Shown: positions 1 to 13,154, counted from the stretch's first letter. The stretch is 64,000 nt of DNA from Clostridia bacterium (GCA_045656865.1 JAZOSB010000053.1:8074-72073); one strand, 5' to 3'. Notes: generated by a model not told the origin, from the sequence alone. Translations and numbers: made by a program.

Positions 1-1901
<1,901 letters not shown>

Positions 1902-1912
1902 CTACCCCTCCC

Positions 1913-4900
1913 TTACTCGTTGTCCATCTGGCTTTCGATTTCCATGAGTTCTTCGTCTGTGGGTTCAATATCGAAATCCTCATCATCGAGATCTGCCATA
2001 GGCTCTTCTTCGTCTTCATCATCTTCAGAAAGTGAACCTTCTACAATACCGTATATTTCATCCTCGGGATTAACTTCGCTGTAACCGGGAGCTATTCCGT
2101 CGTTTATGGTTGTAAGAAGCTCTTCTCTGAATTCATCTATATTGGGTTCGTCGTCCTCGTCGCTCTTAAGCTCAACAACGTCGCCTGCTCCGTTAAGAAC
2201 ATTAACATCAAGTGCAAGAGACTGGAGTTCCTTAATAAGAACTTTAAAGGATTCGGGAATACCGGGTGTGGGAACATTCTCACCCTTAACGATTGATTCG
2301 TAGGTCTTTACACGGCCAACGATATCGTCAGACTTAACAGTAAGAATTTCCTGAAGAAGGTATGCCGCACCGTATGCTTCAAGTGCCCAAACTTCCATTT
2401 CACCGAATCTCTGTCCGCCGAACTGAGCTTTACCGCCAAGAGGCTGCTGAGTAACAAGTGAGTAAGGACCTGTACTTCTTGCGTGAATCTTATCATCAAC
2501 AAGGTGATGGAGCTTTAAGAAGTACATATAACCAACTGTTACAGGGTTATCAAAGGGCTGACCTGTTCTACCGTCGTAAAGAACAGTCTTACCGTCACGA
2601 CGGAGGCCTGCCTCTTCAAGAAGATTCATAATGTCTTTTTCGTTTGCACCGTCAAATACAGGTGTTGCAACCTTGAAGCCAAGGCTCTTGGCAGCCATAC
2701 CCAAGTGAACTTCAAGTACCTGACCGATGTTCATACGTGAGGGAACGCCAAGGGGGTTAAGAACGATATCAAGAGGCGTACCGTCGGGGAGGAAGGGCAT
2801 ATCTTCCGTGGGAAGAATTCTGGAAACGACACCCTTGTTACCGTGACGGCCTGCCATCTTATCGCCGACAGAAATCTTTCTCTTCTGAGCGATATAACAT
2901 CTTACAATTTCGTTTACTCCCGGAGGAAGCTCGTCATTGTTAGCTCTTGTAAACACCTTAACATCTACTATGTTACCTGCTTCACCGTGAGGAACACGGA
3001 GAGATGTATCACGAACCTCTCTTGCCTTTTCACCGAAAATAGCACGGAGAAGTCTTTCCTCGGGTGTAAGCTCTGTTTCACCCTTGGGAGTAACCTTACC
3101 AACGAGGATGTCACCGGAGCGAACCTCCGCACCTACACGGATGATACCTCTTTCGTCAAGGTTTTTTAGTGCGTCATCACCAACATTGGGGATGTCTCGT
3201 GTGATTTCTTCCGGTCCGAGCTTTGTATCACGGGACTCGGATTCGTATTCTTCAATATGAATGGAGGTATAAATATCGTCACGCACGAGCTTTTCGTTAA
3301 GAAGCACGGCATCCTCGTAGTTATAACCTTCCCATGTCATAAAGCCGATAAGCATATTTCTGCCGAGAGCAATTTCACCGTTGTCGGTAGCGGGACCGTC
3401 AGCGATGATTGTACCCTTTGTTACCTTCTCGCCCTCTTCAACGATGGGACGCTGGTTGATACAGGTACCCTGGTTGGAACGGAGGAACTTGAGAAGATGG
3501 TAGTTGTGTCTTACACCGTCATTATCCTTAATTACAATTTCGTCAGCACTTACCTTATCGATAACACCGTCTTCCTTAGCAAGAACAACAACACCGGAGT
3601 CCTTGGCAGCCTTGTACTCCATACCTGTACCGATAATAGGAGATTCGGGCTTCAGAAGCGGAACTGCCTGACGCTGCATGTTAGAACCCATAAGTGCACG
3701 GTTAGCGTCATCATTTTCAAGGAAAGGAATCATTGCAGTAGCAACGGACACAACCTGCTTGGGAGAAACGTCCATGTAGTCAATATTTTCAGCAGGAACT
3801 TCAAGGATTTCCTCTCTGTAACGGGCGGAAACCTTCTTATCAAGGAATCTGCCGTTTTCGTCGATAGGCTCGTTAGCCTGAGCAACGACATACTTATCCT
3901 CGATATCTGCTGTCATATATTCGATTTCGTTTGTTACGATACCCTCTCCCTTAATAACCTTACGGTAAGGGGCTTCAATAAAGCCGTATTCGTTAATACG
4001 TGCATAGGTGGAAAGTGAGCTGATAAGACCGATGTTGGGTCCTTCAGGAGTCTCAATGGGACACATTCTTCCGTAGTGGGTATAGTGAACGTCACGAACC
4101 TGGAAGCCTGCACGTTCTCTGGAAAGACCGCCCGGTCCAAGTGCTGAAAGTCTTCTCTTATGAGTAAGCTCTGCAAGGGGGTTGTTCTGATCCATGAACT
4201 GTGAAAGCTGAGATGAACCAAAGAATTCCTTGATTGTAGCAACAACAGGACGGATATTGATGAGTGACTGAGGAGTAACAATGTCAAGCTCCTGAATGCT
4301 CATTCTTTCACGAACACCACGCTCCATACGGGAGATACCAATACGGAACTGGTTCTGCAAAAGCTCACCAACGCTTCTTAATCTACGGTTACCGAGATGG
4401 TCGATATCATCAACCTGACCAATACCGTCACAGAGGTTGCTGCAGTAGTTAATGGAAGCAAACATATCATCAACGATAATGTGCTTGGGAACAAGCTCGT
4501 CTACTCTTTCTGCTGCAAGCTTCTTAACTTCATCAATGTCACCTGCTGCTTCTTCGAGAATTTCGTCAAGAACATTCTTTCTTACTTTCTCGTGAGTAAT
4601 GTCGTAAAGGTTGATACCTGCATACTTTTCAGGGTCAACCATATTGTTTGAGAATACAACAACCTTTCTGTCCTCAACAGCTACCAAAACACGGTTAATA
4701 CCCTTGTCCTCAATAAGCTGTGCTGCACTAAGGTCGATGCGGTTACCCTCTGCTACGATAACCTCACCTGTTTTTTCGTCAACAATATCACTTGCTGCAA
4801 TCTGTCCTTCAAGACGGGCTGCCATAGCAAGCTTCTTATTATATTTATATCTGCCTACTTTTGCAAGGTCGTATCTCTTGGCATCAAAGAAAAGTCCGTT

Positions 4901-5659
4901 GATAAGAGATGTTGCACTGTCTACCGTTGGAGGCTCGCCGGGGCGGAGCTTGCGGTAGATTTCAAAGAGTGCTTCCTCGCGGTTCTTTGTTGTATCCTTT
5001 GCAAATGTAGCGATAAGTCTTTCATCCTCACCGAAAAGGTCCAAAATAGCAGGCTCGGTTTCAAGACCCATAGCCTTGATAAGAACAGTTACGGGGAGCT
5101 TTCTTGTTCTGTCGATACGAACAGAAAAAACATCGTTGGGGTCTGTTTCATATTCAAGCCATGCACCGCGGTTAGGAATTACGGTAGAGTTAACAAGCTT
5201 CTTACCCACCTTGTCAAACTTCTGCTCGTAATAGATGCCGGGCGAACGAACAAGCTGAGTAACGATAACACGCTCTGCACCATTAATAATGAAAGTACCC
5301 TGCTCGGTCATAAGGGGGAAATCTCCCATAAAGATTTCCTGCTCCTTGATTTCGCCTGTTTCCTGATTGATAAGGCGTACCTGAACACGGAGGGGTGCAG
5401 CGTAGTTTGTATCCCTCTCCTTACATTCTTCAATTGAATACTTGGGCTGCTCGTCAATTCTGTAATCGGTAAATTCCAGAATAAGGTTTCCTGCATAGTC
5501 TGTGATAGGACTTACATCATGAAAAACCTCACGAAGACCTTCCTTAATAAACCACTCGTAAGAGCTTTTTTGCATATCAATGAGGTTTGGCATCTCCAAT
5601 ACTTCATCGATTTTTGCGAAGGTCATTCTTTCATTTTTTCCTAATTTAATAGGCTTCAC
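1913..5659 (-). CDS. rpoB: DNA-directed RNA polymerase subunit beta
   Basis: 1248-aa ORF with a GTG start after GAGGTGA. It carries conserved beta-subunit blocks ([47 protein letters not shown]) and a long acidic C-terminal tail. Confidence 0.97.
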   Translation of the reverse strand: MKPIKLGKNERMTFAKIDEVLEMPNLIDMQKSSYEWFIKEGLREVFHDVSPITDYAGNLILEFTDYRIDEQPKYSIEECKERDTNYAAPLRVQVRLINQETGEIKEQEIFMGDFPLMTEQGTFIINGAERVIVTQLVRSPGIYYEQKFDKVGKKLVNSTVIPNRGAWLEYETDPNDVFSVRIDRTRKLPVTVLIKAMGLETEPAILDLFGEDERLIATFAKDTTKNREEALFEIYRKLRPGEPPTVDSATSLINGLFFDAKRYDLAKVGRYKYNKKLAMAARLEGQIAASDIVDEKTGEVIVAEGNRIDLSAAQLIEDKGINRVLVAVEDRKVVVFSNNMVDPEKYAGINLYDITHEKVRKNVLDEILEEAAGDIDEVKKLAAERVDELVPKHIIVDDMFASINYCSNLCDGIGQVDDIDHLGNRRLRSVGELLQNQFRIGISRMERGVRERMSIQELDIVTPQSLINIRPVVATIKEFFGSSQLSQFMDQNNPLAELTHKRRLSALGPGGLSRERAGFQVRDVHYTHYGRMCPIETPEGPNIGLISSLSTYARINEYGFIEAPYRKVIKGEGIVTNEIEYMTADIEDKYVVAQANEPIDENGRFLDKKVSARYREEILEVPAENIDYMDVSPKQVVSVATAMIPFLENDDANRALMGSNMQRQAVPLLKPESPIIGTGMEYKAAKDSGVVVLAKEDGVIDKVSADEIVIKDNDGVRHNYHLLKFLRSNQGTCINQRPIVEEGEKVTKGTIIADGPATDNGEIALGRNMLIGFMTWEGYNYEDAVLLNEKLVRDDIYTSIHIEEYESESRDTKLGPEEITRDIPNVGDDALKNLDERGIIRVGAEVRSGDILVGKVTPKGETELTPEERLLRAIFGEKAREVRDTSLRVPHGEAGNIVDVKVFTRANNDELPPGVNEIVRCYIAQKRKISVGDKMAGRHGNKGVVSRILPTEDMPFLPDGTPLDIVLNPLGVPSRMNIGQVLEVHLGMAAKSLGFKVATPVFDGANEKDIMNLLEEAGLRRDGKTVLYDGRTGQPFDNPVTVGYMYFLKLHHLVDDKIHARSTGPYSLVTQQPLGGKAQFGGQRFGEMEVWALEAYGAAYLLQEILTVKSDDIVGRVKTYESIVKGENVPTPGIPESFKVLIKELQSLALDVNVLNGAGDVVELKSDEDDEPNIDEFREELLTTINDGIAPGYSEVNPEDEIYGIVEGSLSEDDEDEEEPMADLDDEDFDIEPTDEELMEIESQMDNE

Positions 5660-5890
5660 AAAATCACCTCTTCAAAATTTAGTAACGAACAACACTTTCA
5701 GCATTCTATATTCCTGTGTAGAATGCACTCGGAACACACCGTGAACAAAATTTTCAATTCGTTCAACATTACAGTTGCGATTGTAGAATGCACCACAACT
5801 GCAAAACACAAAAAGTAGTTGTTAAAAGCTATATTTTTCCCATATCTGCCATTCAAAAGGTGACATGGGTGCATCTTAATGCAGTATAAC

Positions 5891-5919
5891 ATAATAACAT
5901 AGAAGTCAAGGCTTGTCAA
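5891..5919 (-). promoter_or_regulatory. Candidate SigA promoter for rpoB-rpoC
   Basis: On the minus strand: TTGACA (5914-5919), exact 17-nt spacer, TATTAT (5891-5896). It implies a leader of about 225 nt before the rpoB GTG. Confidence 0.5.
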
Positions 5920-5949
5920 GGGAAAATTGTGAAATTTTTACCATACTCA

Positions 5950-5980
5950 AAAGGCGATGTGATTTTTCACATCGCCCTTT
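5950..5980 (-). terminator. Rho-independent terminator of the PrsA-like gene
   Basis: Minus strand: GGGCGATGTGA-aaaa-TCACATCGCC followed by TTTT, directly after the stop at 5983. Confidence 0.8.
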
Positions 5981-5982
5981 CA

Positions 5983-7302
5983 TCAATTATTCCACTTGAT
6001 TTCAGTTTTCTTCGCTTCGCTTTCAATTAATGGCAATAACTTTTCCTGAACAAGATATATCCTGAATTCTTTGAACTCTTCACTTGTTTTATCAAGAGAA
6101 TACCTCTTAATTATATGATAGCCGTAATCCGACTTTACTGCCTGTGTTGTATATTTACCAACGGCAAGCTTCTTGGAAGCTTGTTCAAATTCGGGAACCA
6201 TTTCCCCATCGCCAAAAACATAGTAGTTTCCTGAAGTCATACCGGGGTCTTCGTCATATTCATCTATAAGCTTTCCGAAATCCCCTCCGTTTCTGAGTTT
6301 TTTGAGGATTTCGTTTACTATTGACTTAGCTTCCGCATCGGTTCTGGCAGGGTTTCCAGTAGAAATAAGAATATGCTGTACTTTAAGCTTATCTGCAAAT
6401 TCTTCCCTGAATGATTTTTCTGCCTCTGAATCCGAAACAGATACCACCTTGCCGTCATCTGTCGTCTTTTCCAGAAGGAGGTTATAGATTGAATACATTC
6501 CTAAATATGTTTCCAACCCCTTCTCGGTTGTATTAAGCTGAGAAAGTAAGCCCTCAAACCCTTCTTTGCCGCCTAATCTCTCTATAATTTCTGTTATTTG
6601 TAAATTCACATCATCCGTGACAGCTTCTAAAGTTATGCCGTACTGATTCTTTGAGATTATGGCTGCGGTTGCGAGTTGTTCGATTTGATTTCTTGTGTCA
6701 TCTTCTATCATCTCACCAAAGGTCATTCCGTAACCTGTATCCTCATTAAGCCAATTTTCTCCAAAGTATTGCTCGTACTGAGAATACGATGAGCAAAGCA
6801 TATTGTATACACAATTGTAATATGCCTGAGAAATTTCATAATCGCCTATTTTTGTCAAAATTTTTTTATCAGAAAAATCAGCCGTTGTAATAAGAACAGA
6901 CCTTGTATCATTGTCCCAGTCTACTTTATATCCCGATGATTCGGAAATTGCCCTTGCGGGAACCATTGTTCTTCCTTTCACGATACAGGGAGCCACATCA
7001 AGAGTTTTTGCTTCGCCGTTTACATACATAGTGTAGCTGTTTTCTGTGATGCGGATTGTCATATCCTCACGAACTGCTGTTGCCGTCCTTGTGTCTTTTT
7101 CCCAGTCAACATAATAGCCGAGAGATTCAAAAATCTTTCTCATTGGAACGAGAGTTCTGCCGTTTATTATCTGTGGTGGAACATCAAACGAAAGCTTCTC
7201 CCCCAGAAGATATACCGACACCTCTTTAGCTGCCGATACGGGTGCTATCATCATACCCATAAGGAACAAAACTGCAAGAATGAGTGAAATCAGTTTTTTC
7301 AT
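5983..7302 (-). CDS. Secreted PrsA/SurA-like parvulin peptidyl-prolyl isomerase with two N-terminal copper-amine-oxidase-N-like repeats
   Basis: Signal peptide MKKLISLILAVLFLMGMMIAPVSA. Two repeats of the type NGRTLVPMRKIFESLGYYVDWEKDTRT and KGRTMVPARAISESSGYKVDWDNDTRS. C-terminal PpiC block (KVQHILIS...GDGEMVPEFEQA...SDYGYHIIK). Confidence 0.75.
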   Translation of the reverse strand: MKKLISLILAVLFLMGMMIAPVSAAKEVSVYLLGEKLSFDVPPQIINGRTLVPMRKIFESLGYYVDWEKDTRTATAVREDMTIRITENSYTMYVNGEAKTLDVAPCIVKGRTMVPARAISESSGYKVDWDNDTRSVLITTADFSDKKILTKIGDYEISQAYYNCVYNMLCSSYSQYEQYFGENWLNEDTGYGMTFGEMIEDDTRNQIEQLATAAIISKNQYGITLEAVTDDVNLQITEIIERLGGKEGFEGLLSQLNTTEKGLETYLGMYSIYNLLLEKTTDDGKVVSVSDSEAEKSFREEFADKLKVQHILISTGNPARTDAEAKSIVNEILKKLRNGGDFGKLIDEYDEDPGMTSGNYYVFGDGEMVPEFEQASKKLAVGKYTTQAVKSDYGYHIIKRYSLDKTSEEFKEFRIYLVQEKLLPLIESEAKKTEIKWNN

Positions 7303-7434
7303 TTTTCTGTCTCCTTTATTTTTTGTATATACATTTTACTACTTATATTTATGATATGTCAAGTGTTTAGTAATCAGGATAAACTATGTATTTATTGAAC
7401 CGCCGATGATTTTTAAAACGTTTCCCCTTTTTAG

Positions 7435-7477
7435 TTGACAAAAGACATATTATTTATTAAAATATATATGTTATAAT
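7435..7477 (+). promoter_or_regulatory. Candidate SigA promoter(s) for the membrane-protein/metK transcription unit
   Basis: TTGACA (7435-7440), 17 nt, TAAAAT (7458-7463). An overlapping extended -10, TGtTATAAT, lies at 7469-7477. Confidence 0.5.
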
Positions 7478-7503
7478 AGAATAGGTATGTACAGGAGGTT
7501 TTT

Positions 7504-8046
7504 TTGTTGCATTCGTTAATAAATTCTATTGCTTCCGTTGTAAACAGCTTCGCTGTCTGGATAGTCGGTCTTTTGGGACTGGGTGCAGATGCGGCTAATT
7601 ATGTATACATTTTTATTGTTTCTATGGTGCCGATAATTGAGCTTCGCGGGGCAATTCCCCTTGCTATGGCAGTCAATATGCCGCTTATCCCCTCTTTTAT
7701 AGTTTCGATTATAGGCAATATGATTCCCGTTCCGTTCATACTTCTTTTCATAAAAGCAATGTGCCGATGGATGAAGACAAGAAAGTATCTTCAGAAAATT
7801 CCGCTGTTTCTTGAAAGAAAGGTGGAAAAAAACAAGGAAAAGGTTATAAAGTACGGCAAATGGGGACTTTACATTTTTGTTGCAATCCCACTTCCCGGCA
7901 CCGGTGCGTGGACAGGGGCGCTTATTGCAAGCTTCCTCAATTTCAAAAACAAGGAATCTTTTGTTGCAATACTGGGCGGAGTAATTACTGCCGGTATTAT
8001 AATGAGTATATTTTCATACGGTCTGTTAGACCTTATTTTCCGATAA
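7504..8046 (+). CDS. Small multidrug-export-like integral membrane protein (COG2426-type)
   Basis: 180-aa polytopic hydrophobic ORF with a TTG start 5-8 nt after GGAGG. It carries the [10 protein letters not shown] motif typical of this family. It lies 19 nt upstream of metK. Confidence 0.6.
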   Translation: MLHSLINSIASVVNSFAVWIVGLLGLGADAANYVYIFIVSMVPIIELRGAIPLAMAVNMPLIPSFIVSIIGNMIPVPFILLFIKAMCRWMKTRKYLQKIPLFLERKVEKNKEKVIKYGKWGLYIFVAIPLPGTGAWTGALIASFLNFKNKESFVAILGGVITAGIIMSIFSYGLLDLIFR

Positions 8047-8065
8047 AGGACAGGAGGAGTTACAA

Positions 8066-9247
8066 ATGATTACAAACAGAAAATTTTTCACTTCAGAATC
8101 AGTTACCGAGGGACATCCCGACAAGGTGTGTGACAAGATTTCCGATGCTATTCTTGACGATATTATCGCTCACGACCCTGAGGCACGTGTTGCCTGCGAA
8201 ACCTGTGCAGCAACAGGTATGGTAATGGTTTTCGGTGAAATCACCACAACACATACCTATGATGTTCGTGCCATTGTAAAAAAGACTGTTGAGGAAATCG
8301 GCTACACCGACCCCAATATGGGATTTTCCGCTGACGGAATAGCAATTCTTTCCACACTTAACAAGCAGTCTGCCGACATTGCTATGGGCGTTGACAAGTC
8401 CAAAGAAGCAAAAGAGGGTGAAAGTGACGGACACGACATCGGAGCAGGCGACCAGGGTATGATGTTCGGTTATGCAACAAACGAAACTGACGAATATCTT
8501 CCTGCTCCCATCTACTATGCACAGAAGATGGCAAAGAAGCTTACCGAGGTAAGAAAGGCAGGTCTCTTCCCCTATCTCCGCCCCGACGGAAAAACTCAGG
8601 TAACTGTTGAATATGACGGGGACAAGGTTAAGAGAATTGACACCGTTGTTCTTTCCACGCAGCATACAGCAGAGGTAACACAGGATCAGATTAAAAAGGA
8701 TATGATTGAAAATGTCATAATTCCTACTCTTGATCCCTCTCTTATTGATGAAAATACAAAGTATCACATTAATCCCACAGGGCAGTTCATTATCGGTGGA
8801 CCTCACGGTGACAGCGGTCTTACGGGAAGAAAAATTATTGTTGATACCTACGGCGGATATGCTCCCCATGGCGGCGGTGCGTTTTCAGGTAAGGACCCGA
8901 CAAAGGTTGACAGAAGTGCCTGCTATATGGCTCGCTATATTTCCAAGAACATTGTTGCGGCAGGCCTCAGTGACAAGTGTCAGATTCAGCTTGCCTATGC
9001 CATCGGTGTCGCACGCCCCGTATCTGTTCGTATAGATACATTCGGCACAGGTAAGATAGGTGACGACAAGCTCAGCGAAATTGTAAATTCCGAGTTTGAC
9101 CTCCGTCCCTCAGCAATTATCAAGACACTTGACCTCAGAAAGCCCATCTATTCTCAGACTGCGGCATACGGTCATTTTGGAAGAAACGAGCTTGACCTCC
9201 CCTGGGAAAGACTCGACAAAGTAGAATTATTAAAGAAATATCTTTAA
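8066..9247 (+). CDS. metK: S-adenosylmethionine synthetase
   Basis: [28 protein letters not shown] and [16 protein letters not shown] motifs; 393 aa; RBS AGGAGGAG. Confidence 0.97.
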   Translation: MITNRKFFTSESVTEGHPDKVCDKISDAILDDIIAHDPEARVACETCAATGMVMVFGEITTTHTYDVRAIVKKTVEEIGYTDPNMGFSADGIAILSTLNKQSADIAMGVDKSKEAKEGESDGHDIGAGDQGMMFGYATNETDEYLPAPIYYAQKMAKKLTEVRKAGLFPYLRPDGKTQVTVEYDGDKVKRIDTVVLSTQHTAEVTQDQIKKDMIENVIIPTLDPSLIDENTKYHINPTGQFIIGGPHGDSGLTGRKIIVDTYGGYAPHGGGAFSGKDPTKVDRSACYMARYISKNIVAAGLSDKCQIQLAYAIGVARPVSVRIDTFGTGKIGDDKLSEIVNSEFDLRPSAIIKTLDLRKPIYSQTAAYGHFGRNELDLPWERLDKVELLKKYL

Positions 9248-9252
9248 AAGAA

Positions 9253-9280
9253 AAGGCATTAACGAAATGTTAATGCCTTT
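9253..9280 (+). terminator. Terminator-like hairpin after metK
   Basis: AAGGCATTAAC-gaaat-GTTAATGCCTT followed by only a short T run. Confidence 0.55.
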
Positions 9281-9465
9281 CATATAATATTATTGGTGAT
9301 AGTGTATGTATGGCACGGTTTTTGCCCTTATAATTGCACTTATGATGATAGGGTTTGTAATTTACAAAGGGAGCGTGTGCGGAGGCATATGTTATGTTTG
9401 CAGGAAGTCGGAAATGGAATACCTGATGGATTCTCTTCCCGACGACTGCATTATCGAGATTTGGA

Positions 9466-11685
9466 TTGGAAGAAAAACTTATGATGAGTCCGGAAACAGA
9501 AATTATTCAAGGAGAAATTTACGAAATCATATATCAGAATGAGGATAACGGCTATACTGTATGCGAAATTGAAACCAACAAATCATTGGTGACAGCTTGC
9601 GGAATAATGCCCTTTATTGCACCTGGTGAGCAGGTGGTGCTGACGGGCAACTGGGTAAACCACCCCGATTACGGTGAACAGTTTTCCGTTATTTCGTTTG
9701 AACGAGCACTGCCCAAAAAGGTCAGTGCTGTTCTCAGTTACCTTGCCAGCGGAATCATAAGCGGGGTAAGGGAATCCACCGCCAAAAAGCTTGTGGACAG
9801 GTTTGGTGAGGAAACTCTTGAAATAATTGCTCTTCATCCCGAAAGGCTGTCTGAAATAAAAGGTATTTCTCCCAACAAAGCGAAAAAAATATCCGAATCC
9901 TTTATCATAAGGCAGGATGCGGCACAAACCGTCATATTTCTGCAGGAATACGGGGTAAGCCCTAACCTCGCCCTCCGCGTTCATAAAATTTTCGGACAGA
10001 AAGCAATTCAGCTTGTAAAAGAAAATCCCTATATCCTTTGCGAAAGTGTGGAACGAATCGGCTTCAAAACGGCTGACCGAATTGCAAGGGAAATGAATAT
10101 CCCGAAAAACCACCCCGGCAGAATTTCAGGTGGAGTAAACTATATGCTCACCTATGCTGCACTTTCGGGACATACCTGCTTAAAATACGATATGCTAGTT
10201 GAAAATACCGCATCCTTCCTCGGCTGTGAAATCAATGAAATCACAACTGTGCTTATCGAAATGAAAAATGATGCACGGCTGGTATTTGAGGATGATTTTG
10301 TTTATCTCCCCATTTATTATAATATGGAGCTTGGCAGTGCAAATAAACTCAGTGAGCTGATGGCTCTTGCACGCCCATATTCCAAAAACATTCCCGAGGA
10401 AATTTTCACATATTCCAAGCTTAACTCTATTGACTTATCGGCAATGCAGCAGGAGGCGGTAAAAAAAGCTCTTAACGGTGGTGTCCTTGTAATAACGGGC
10501 GGCCCCGGAACAGGTAAAACGACCATTATGAAAATTATAATGGACATATTTCAGAGCCACGAATACAAGATAGTCCTCTGTGCTCCCACGGGAAAGGCGG
10601 CAAAAAGGCTTTCCGAATCCTGCGGGATGGAGGCAAAGACGCTTCACCGACTCCTTGAAGTAGAAGTAAATGATGCTGAAAATCAGCGATTCGGGAAAAA
10701 TGAGTACAACCCCATTGATGCAGACGTAGTAATCGTTGACGAAATGAGTATGGTTGATATACTTCTTTTCGGCGCACTGTTAAAGGCACTCAAGAGAGGT
10801 ACCTGCCTTATTATGGCAGGCGACAGTGACCAGCTTCCGTCTGTGGGTGCAGGCAATGTTTTGGGGGATATGATAGGAAGCGGTATTATACCCACAGTAA
10901 GACTCAATGAGGTATTCCGACAGGCAGAAAAGAGCAGAATCGTTACTAATGCCCACAGGATAAATATGGGTGAAATGCCCCTTGAAAATGACAGTAATGC
11001 AGACTTTTTCTTTATGGCAAGAACGCCCGAGGGTGCAGTGGAAACCATTTGTGAGCTTTGTACGGGTAGGCTTGGGAAGGCATACGGCTTTGACAGTATC
11101 AGTGATATTCAGGTGCTTTCCCCGTCAAGAAAAGGTATTACAGGAACTATAAATCTTAACAAGGTATTACAGCAGAAGCTTAACCCTCCCTCCAAGGATA
11201 AAAAGGAAAAGAAATTCGGTGAAAGGACTTTCCGCGTAGGTGACAAGGTTATCCAGACACGAAATAACTACGATATGATATGGTCGCTTCCTGACGGACG
11301 CGGTGATGGGTTTGGTATATACAACGGTGATATAGGTACAATTCTTGACATATCCCAAAAGGAAAAGTCTATGAGAATACTTTTTGACGACAGTAAAATT
11401 GTTGAATACGACTTTTCCTCGGTCGAGGATTTGGAAATGGCGTATGCCCTTACGGTGCATAAAAGTCAGGGAAGCGAATGGAGTGCCGTTATTATACCCG
11501 TATGTTCTTTCCCACCTATGCTGATGACGAGAAATCTTCTCTACACAGCAGTTACAAGAGGCAAAAAGCTTGTAATATTAGTGGGAAGTCTTGAAAACGT
11601 CTCCCGTATGGTGCAGAACAACAAGCAAGCCATCCGTTACAGCTCCCTCAAAAAAAGGCTGGTGGAGAAAAATGAAAATAGTTGA
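9466..11685 (+). CDS. recD2: RecD2-type SF1 ATP-dependent DNA helicase
   Basis: N-terminal IQGEIYEIIYQNEDNGYTV block, Walker A GGPGTGKTT, DExx-like VVIVDEMSMVD and C-terminal VHKSQGSEW. The start could be ATG 9466 or 9481. Confidence 0.9.
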   Translation: MEEKLMMSPETEIIQGEIYEIIYQNEDNGYTVCEIETNKSLVTACGIMPFIAPGEQVVLTGNWVNHPDYGEQFSVISFERALPKKVSAVLSYLASGIISGVRESTAKKLVDRFGEETLEIIALHPERLSEIKGISPNKAKKISESFIIRQDAAQTVIFLQEYGVSPNLALRVHKIFGQKAIQLVKENPYILCESVERIGFKTADRIAREMNIPKNHPGRISGGVNYMLTYAALSGHTCLKYDMLVENTASFLGCEINEITTVLIEMKNDARLVFEDDFVYLPIYYNMELGSANKLSELMALARPYSKNIPEEIFTYSKLNSIDLSAMQQEAVKKALNGGVLVITGGPGTGKTTIMKIIMDIFQSHEYKIVLCAPTGKAAKRLSESCGMEAKTLHRLLEVEVNDAENQRFGKNEYNPIDADVVIVDEMSMVDILLFGALLKALKRGTCLIMAGDSDQLPSVGAGNVLGDMIGSGIIPTVRLNEVFRQAEKSRIVTNAHRINMGEMPLENDSNADFFFMARTPEGAVETICELCTGRLGKAYGFDSISDIQVLSPSRKGITGTINLNKVLQQKLNPPSKDKKEKKFGERTFRVGDKVIQTRNNYDMIWSLPDGRGDGFGIYNGDIGTILDISQKEKSMRILFDDSKIVEYDFSSVEDLEMAYALTVHKSQGSEWSAVIIPVCSFPPMLMTRNLLYTAVTRGKKLVILVGSLENVSRMVQNNKQAIRYSSLKKRLVEKNENS

Positions 11686-12376
11686 TAAGCTTTCAGATGC
11701 CCTTTTTCCTCCTAAATGTCCCGTTTGTCGCAAGCTTCTGGAAAGCAAAGTCCCCGTTTGTCCCGATTGTATGAAAGAACTTCCCTTTACTGCAGAGGAC
11801 GAGCAATGCAAAATCTGCGGCAGACCTATGGAGGAGTTTTCCTATCATACCTGCCCTAGTTGCCGAAGCAGGAAAATGTATTTTGAGCACTCCTTTACAC
11901 CCCTTATTTACAAAGAGACCGCAAAGGATGTTGCCATTGCTCTTAAAATCTCTAAGCCGGGGTATGCGAGAGTATTTGCATATTTTCTGGCGGATAAAAT
12001 ACTTACATCACCCTACTACACAAAATTTGATTATATTACTTTTGTTCCGCAGAATTCCCTTTCCAAAAGAAACCGCGGATATAATCAGGCACGGCTTATT
12101 GCAAAAGAGCTGTCAAAGCTGCTCAAAACACCCTGTATTCCCACCCTTAAAAGAACTAATGACGGAAAGCCGCAGCACACCCTTACCTCTGCGGAAAGAC
12201 GCGAAAATGTCAAGAAATGCTATTTTAAAACCGACCTGAAAGGAGAGGGGACAGTTCTTCTCGTCGATGATATTTATACTACGGGTGCTACGGCAAATTA
12301 CTGTTCAAGGCTTCTTAAGGAGATGGGATTTGAAAAGGTTTATCTTGCAATTACACTCATAAGAGCTTATGACTAA
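11672..12376 (+). CDS. comFC: ComF-family phosphoribosyltransferase-like protein (ComFC)
   Basis: The internal ATG at 11672 follows GGTGGAG and overlaps the recD2 end by 14 nt. N-terminal Cys4 zinc finger (CPVCRK...CPDC...CKICG...CPSC). PRTase motif VLLVDDIYTTGAT. Confidence 0.85.
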   Translation: MKIVDKLSDALFPPKCPVCRKLLESKVPVCPDCMKELPFTAEDEQCKICGRPMEEFSYHTCPSCRSRKMYFEHSFTPLIYKETAKDVAIALKISKPGYARVFAYFLADKILTSPYYTKFDYITFVPQNSLSKRNRGYNQARLIAKELSKLLKTPCIPTLKRTNDGKPQHTLTSAERRENVKKCYFKTDLKGEGTVLLVDDIYTTGATANYCSRLLKEMGFEKVYLAITLIRAYD

Positions 12377-12389
12377 GGGAGGGTTATTT

Positions 12390-13154
12390 ATGAAAAACAA
12401 AATATTTGAGTATATTCACTCTCTCGGTATTGAAAAATGCGGTGTCGCGCATTTTAACGGCAAATGTGCCATAGTCTGTCTGTTCCCGTATTTTTCAGGA
12501 TACAGAGAGGGAAATCTTTCCCTTTATGCCCGTTCCTACGATTATCACAAGGTTATAAAGAAAAAGCTCTCCCCCGTCTGCGACTTTATCAGTACACTTT
12601 CGCCCGATACAAAGTGCGAGGTTTTTGCGGACATCGGTCCTGAGATTGACAGACACCTTGCGTACAATGCAGGGCTTGGTTTCTACGGAAAAAACGGTAT
12701 GCTTATAAATGATGATTTTGGAAGCTGGTTTTTTATAGGCTATATTCTGTGTGATTTGGAAATGGAAGCGGACAAGCCCCTTGAAAAAACCTGCATTGGA
12801 TGTAACAAATGTATAGAAAACTGCCCAGGTGGTGCATTGGGAGAACAATTCTGTATTGACAGATGTGCTTCCCATATAAACCAAAAGAAAGGCAACCTCA
12901 CAGAAGATGAGATTGCCATATTAAAAAAATCCGGGCTTATATTTGGTTGTGATGCGTGTCAAAAGGTATGTCCTCATAATAACATTACCCCAAGACCAAT
13001 GAAAGAATTTACCGAGGATATTATTGATTCTCTCTCATCCTCCGATATAGAAAGCCTTTCAAACAAAGAATTTTCAGCAGAATACAAAAACCGCGCCTTT
13101 TCATGGCGCGGTAAGAATGTTCTTTTAAGAAATATCAATATCCTCGAGGGCTGA
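12390..13154 (+). CDS. queG: Epoxyqueuosine reductase (short QueG-type, two 4Fe-4S motifs)
   Basis: ATG follows AAGGGAGGG. Blocks align to QueG: YDYHKVIKKKL, AYNAGLGFYGKNGMLI, CIGCNKCIENCPGGAL, RCASHINQKKG and FGCDACQKVCPHN. It lacks the C-terminal HEAT-like extension. Confidence 0.75.
   Translation: MKNKIFEYIHSLGIEKCGVAHFNGKCAIVCLFPYFSGYREGNLSLYARSYDYHKVIKKKLSPVCDFISTLSPDTKCEVFADIGPEIDRHLAYNAGLGFYGKNGMLINDDFGSWFFIGYILCDLEMEADKPLEKTCIGCNKCIENCPGGALGEQFCIDRCASHINQKKGNLTEDEIAILKKSGLIFGCDACQKVCPHNNITPRPMKEFTEDIIDSLSSSDIESLSNKEFSAEYKNRAFSWRGKNVLLRNINILEG

Noticed and set aside
1913-2200. Roughly 90-aa acidic C-terminal extension of RpoB
   Set aside because: It is in frame and continuous with conserved sequence. 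It looks like a lineage-specific tail rather than a fusion or misassembly, and nothing in the sequence suggests a separate function.
7303-8065. Expected SAM riboswitch upstream of metK
   Set aside because: I read the 7303-7503 spacer and the 19-nt gap before metK and saw no S-box-like conserved helices, only promoter-like elements. metK appears to be co-transcribed with the upstream membrane-protein gene. A covariance-model scan would settle this.
8099-8869. 256-aa minus-strand ORF
   Set aside because: It is antisense to metK, so it is a shadow ORF.
13125-13154. 30-nt overlap between the 3' ends of convergent queG and trmFO
   Set aside because: Both reading frames are well supported to their stops. 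Convergent overlaps of this size occur without special meaning, and there is no evidence of a shared regulatory element.
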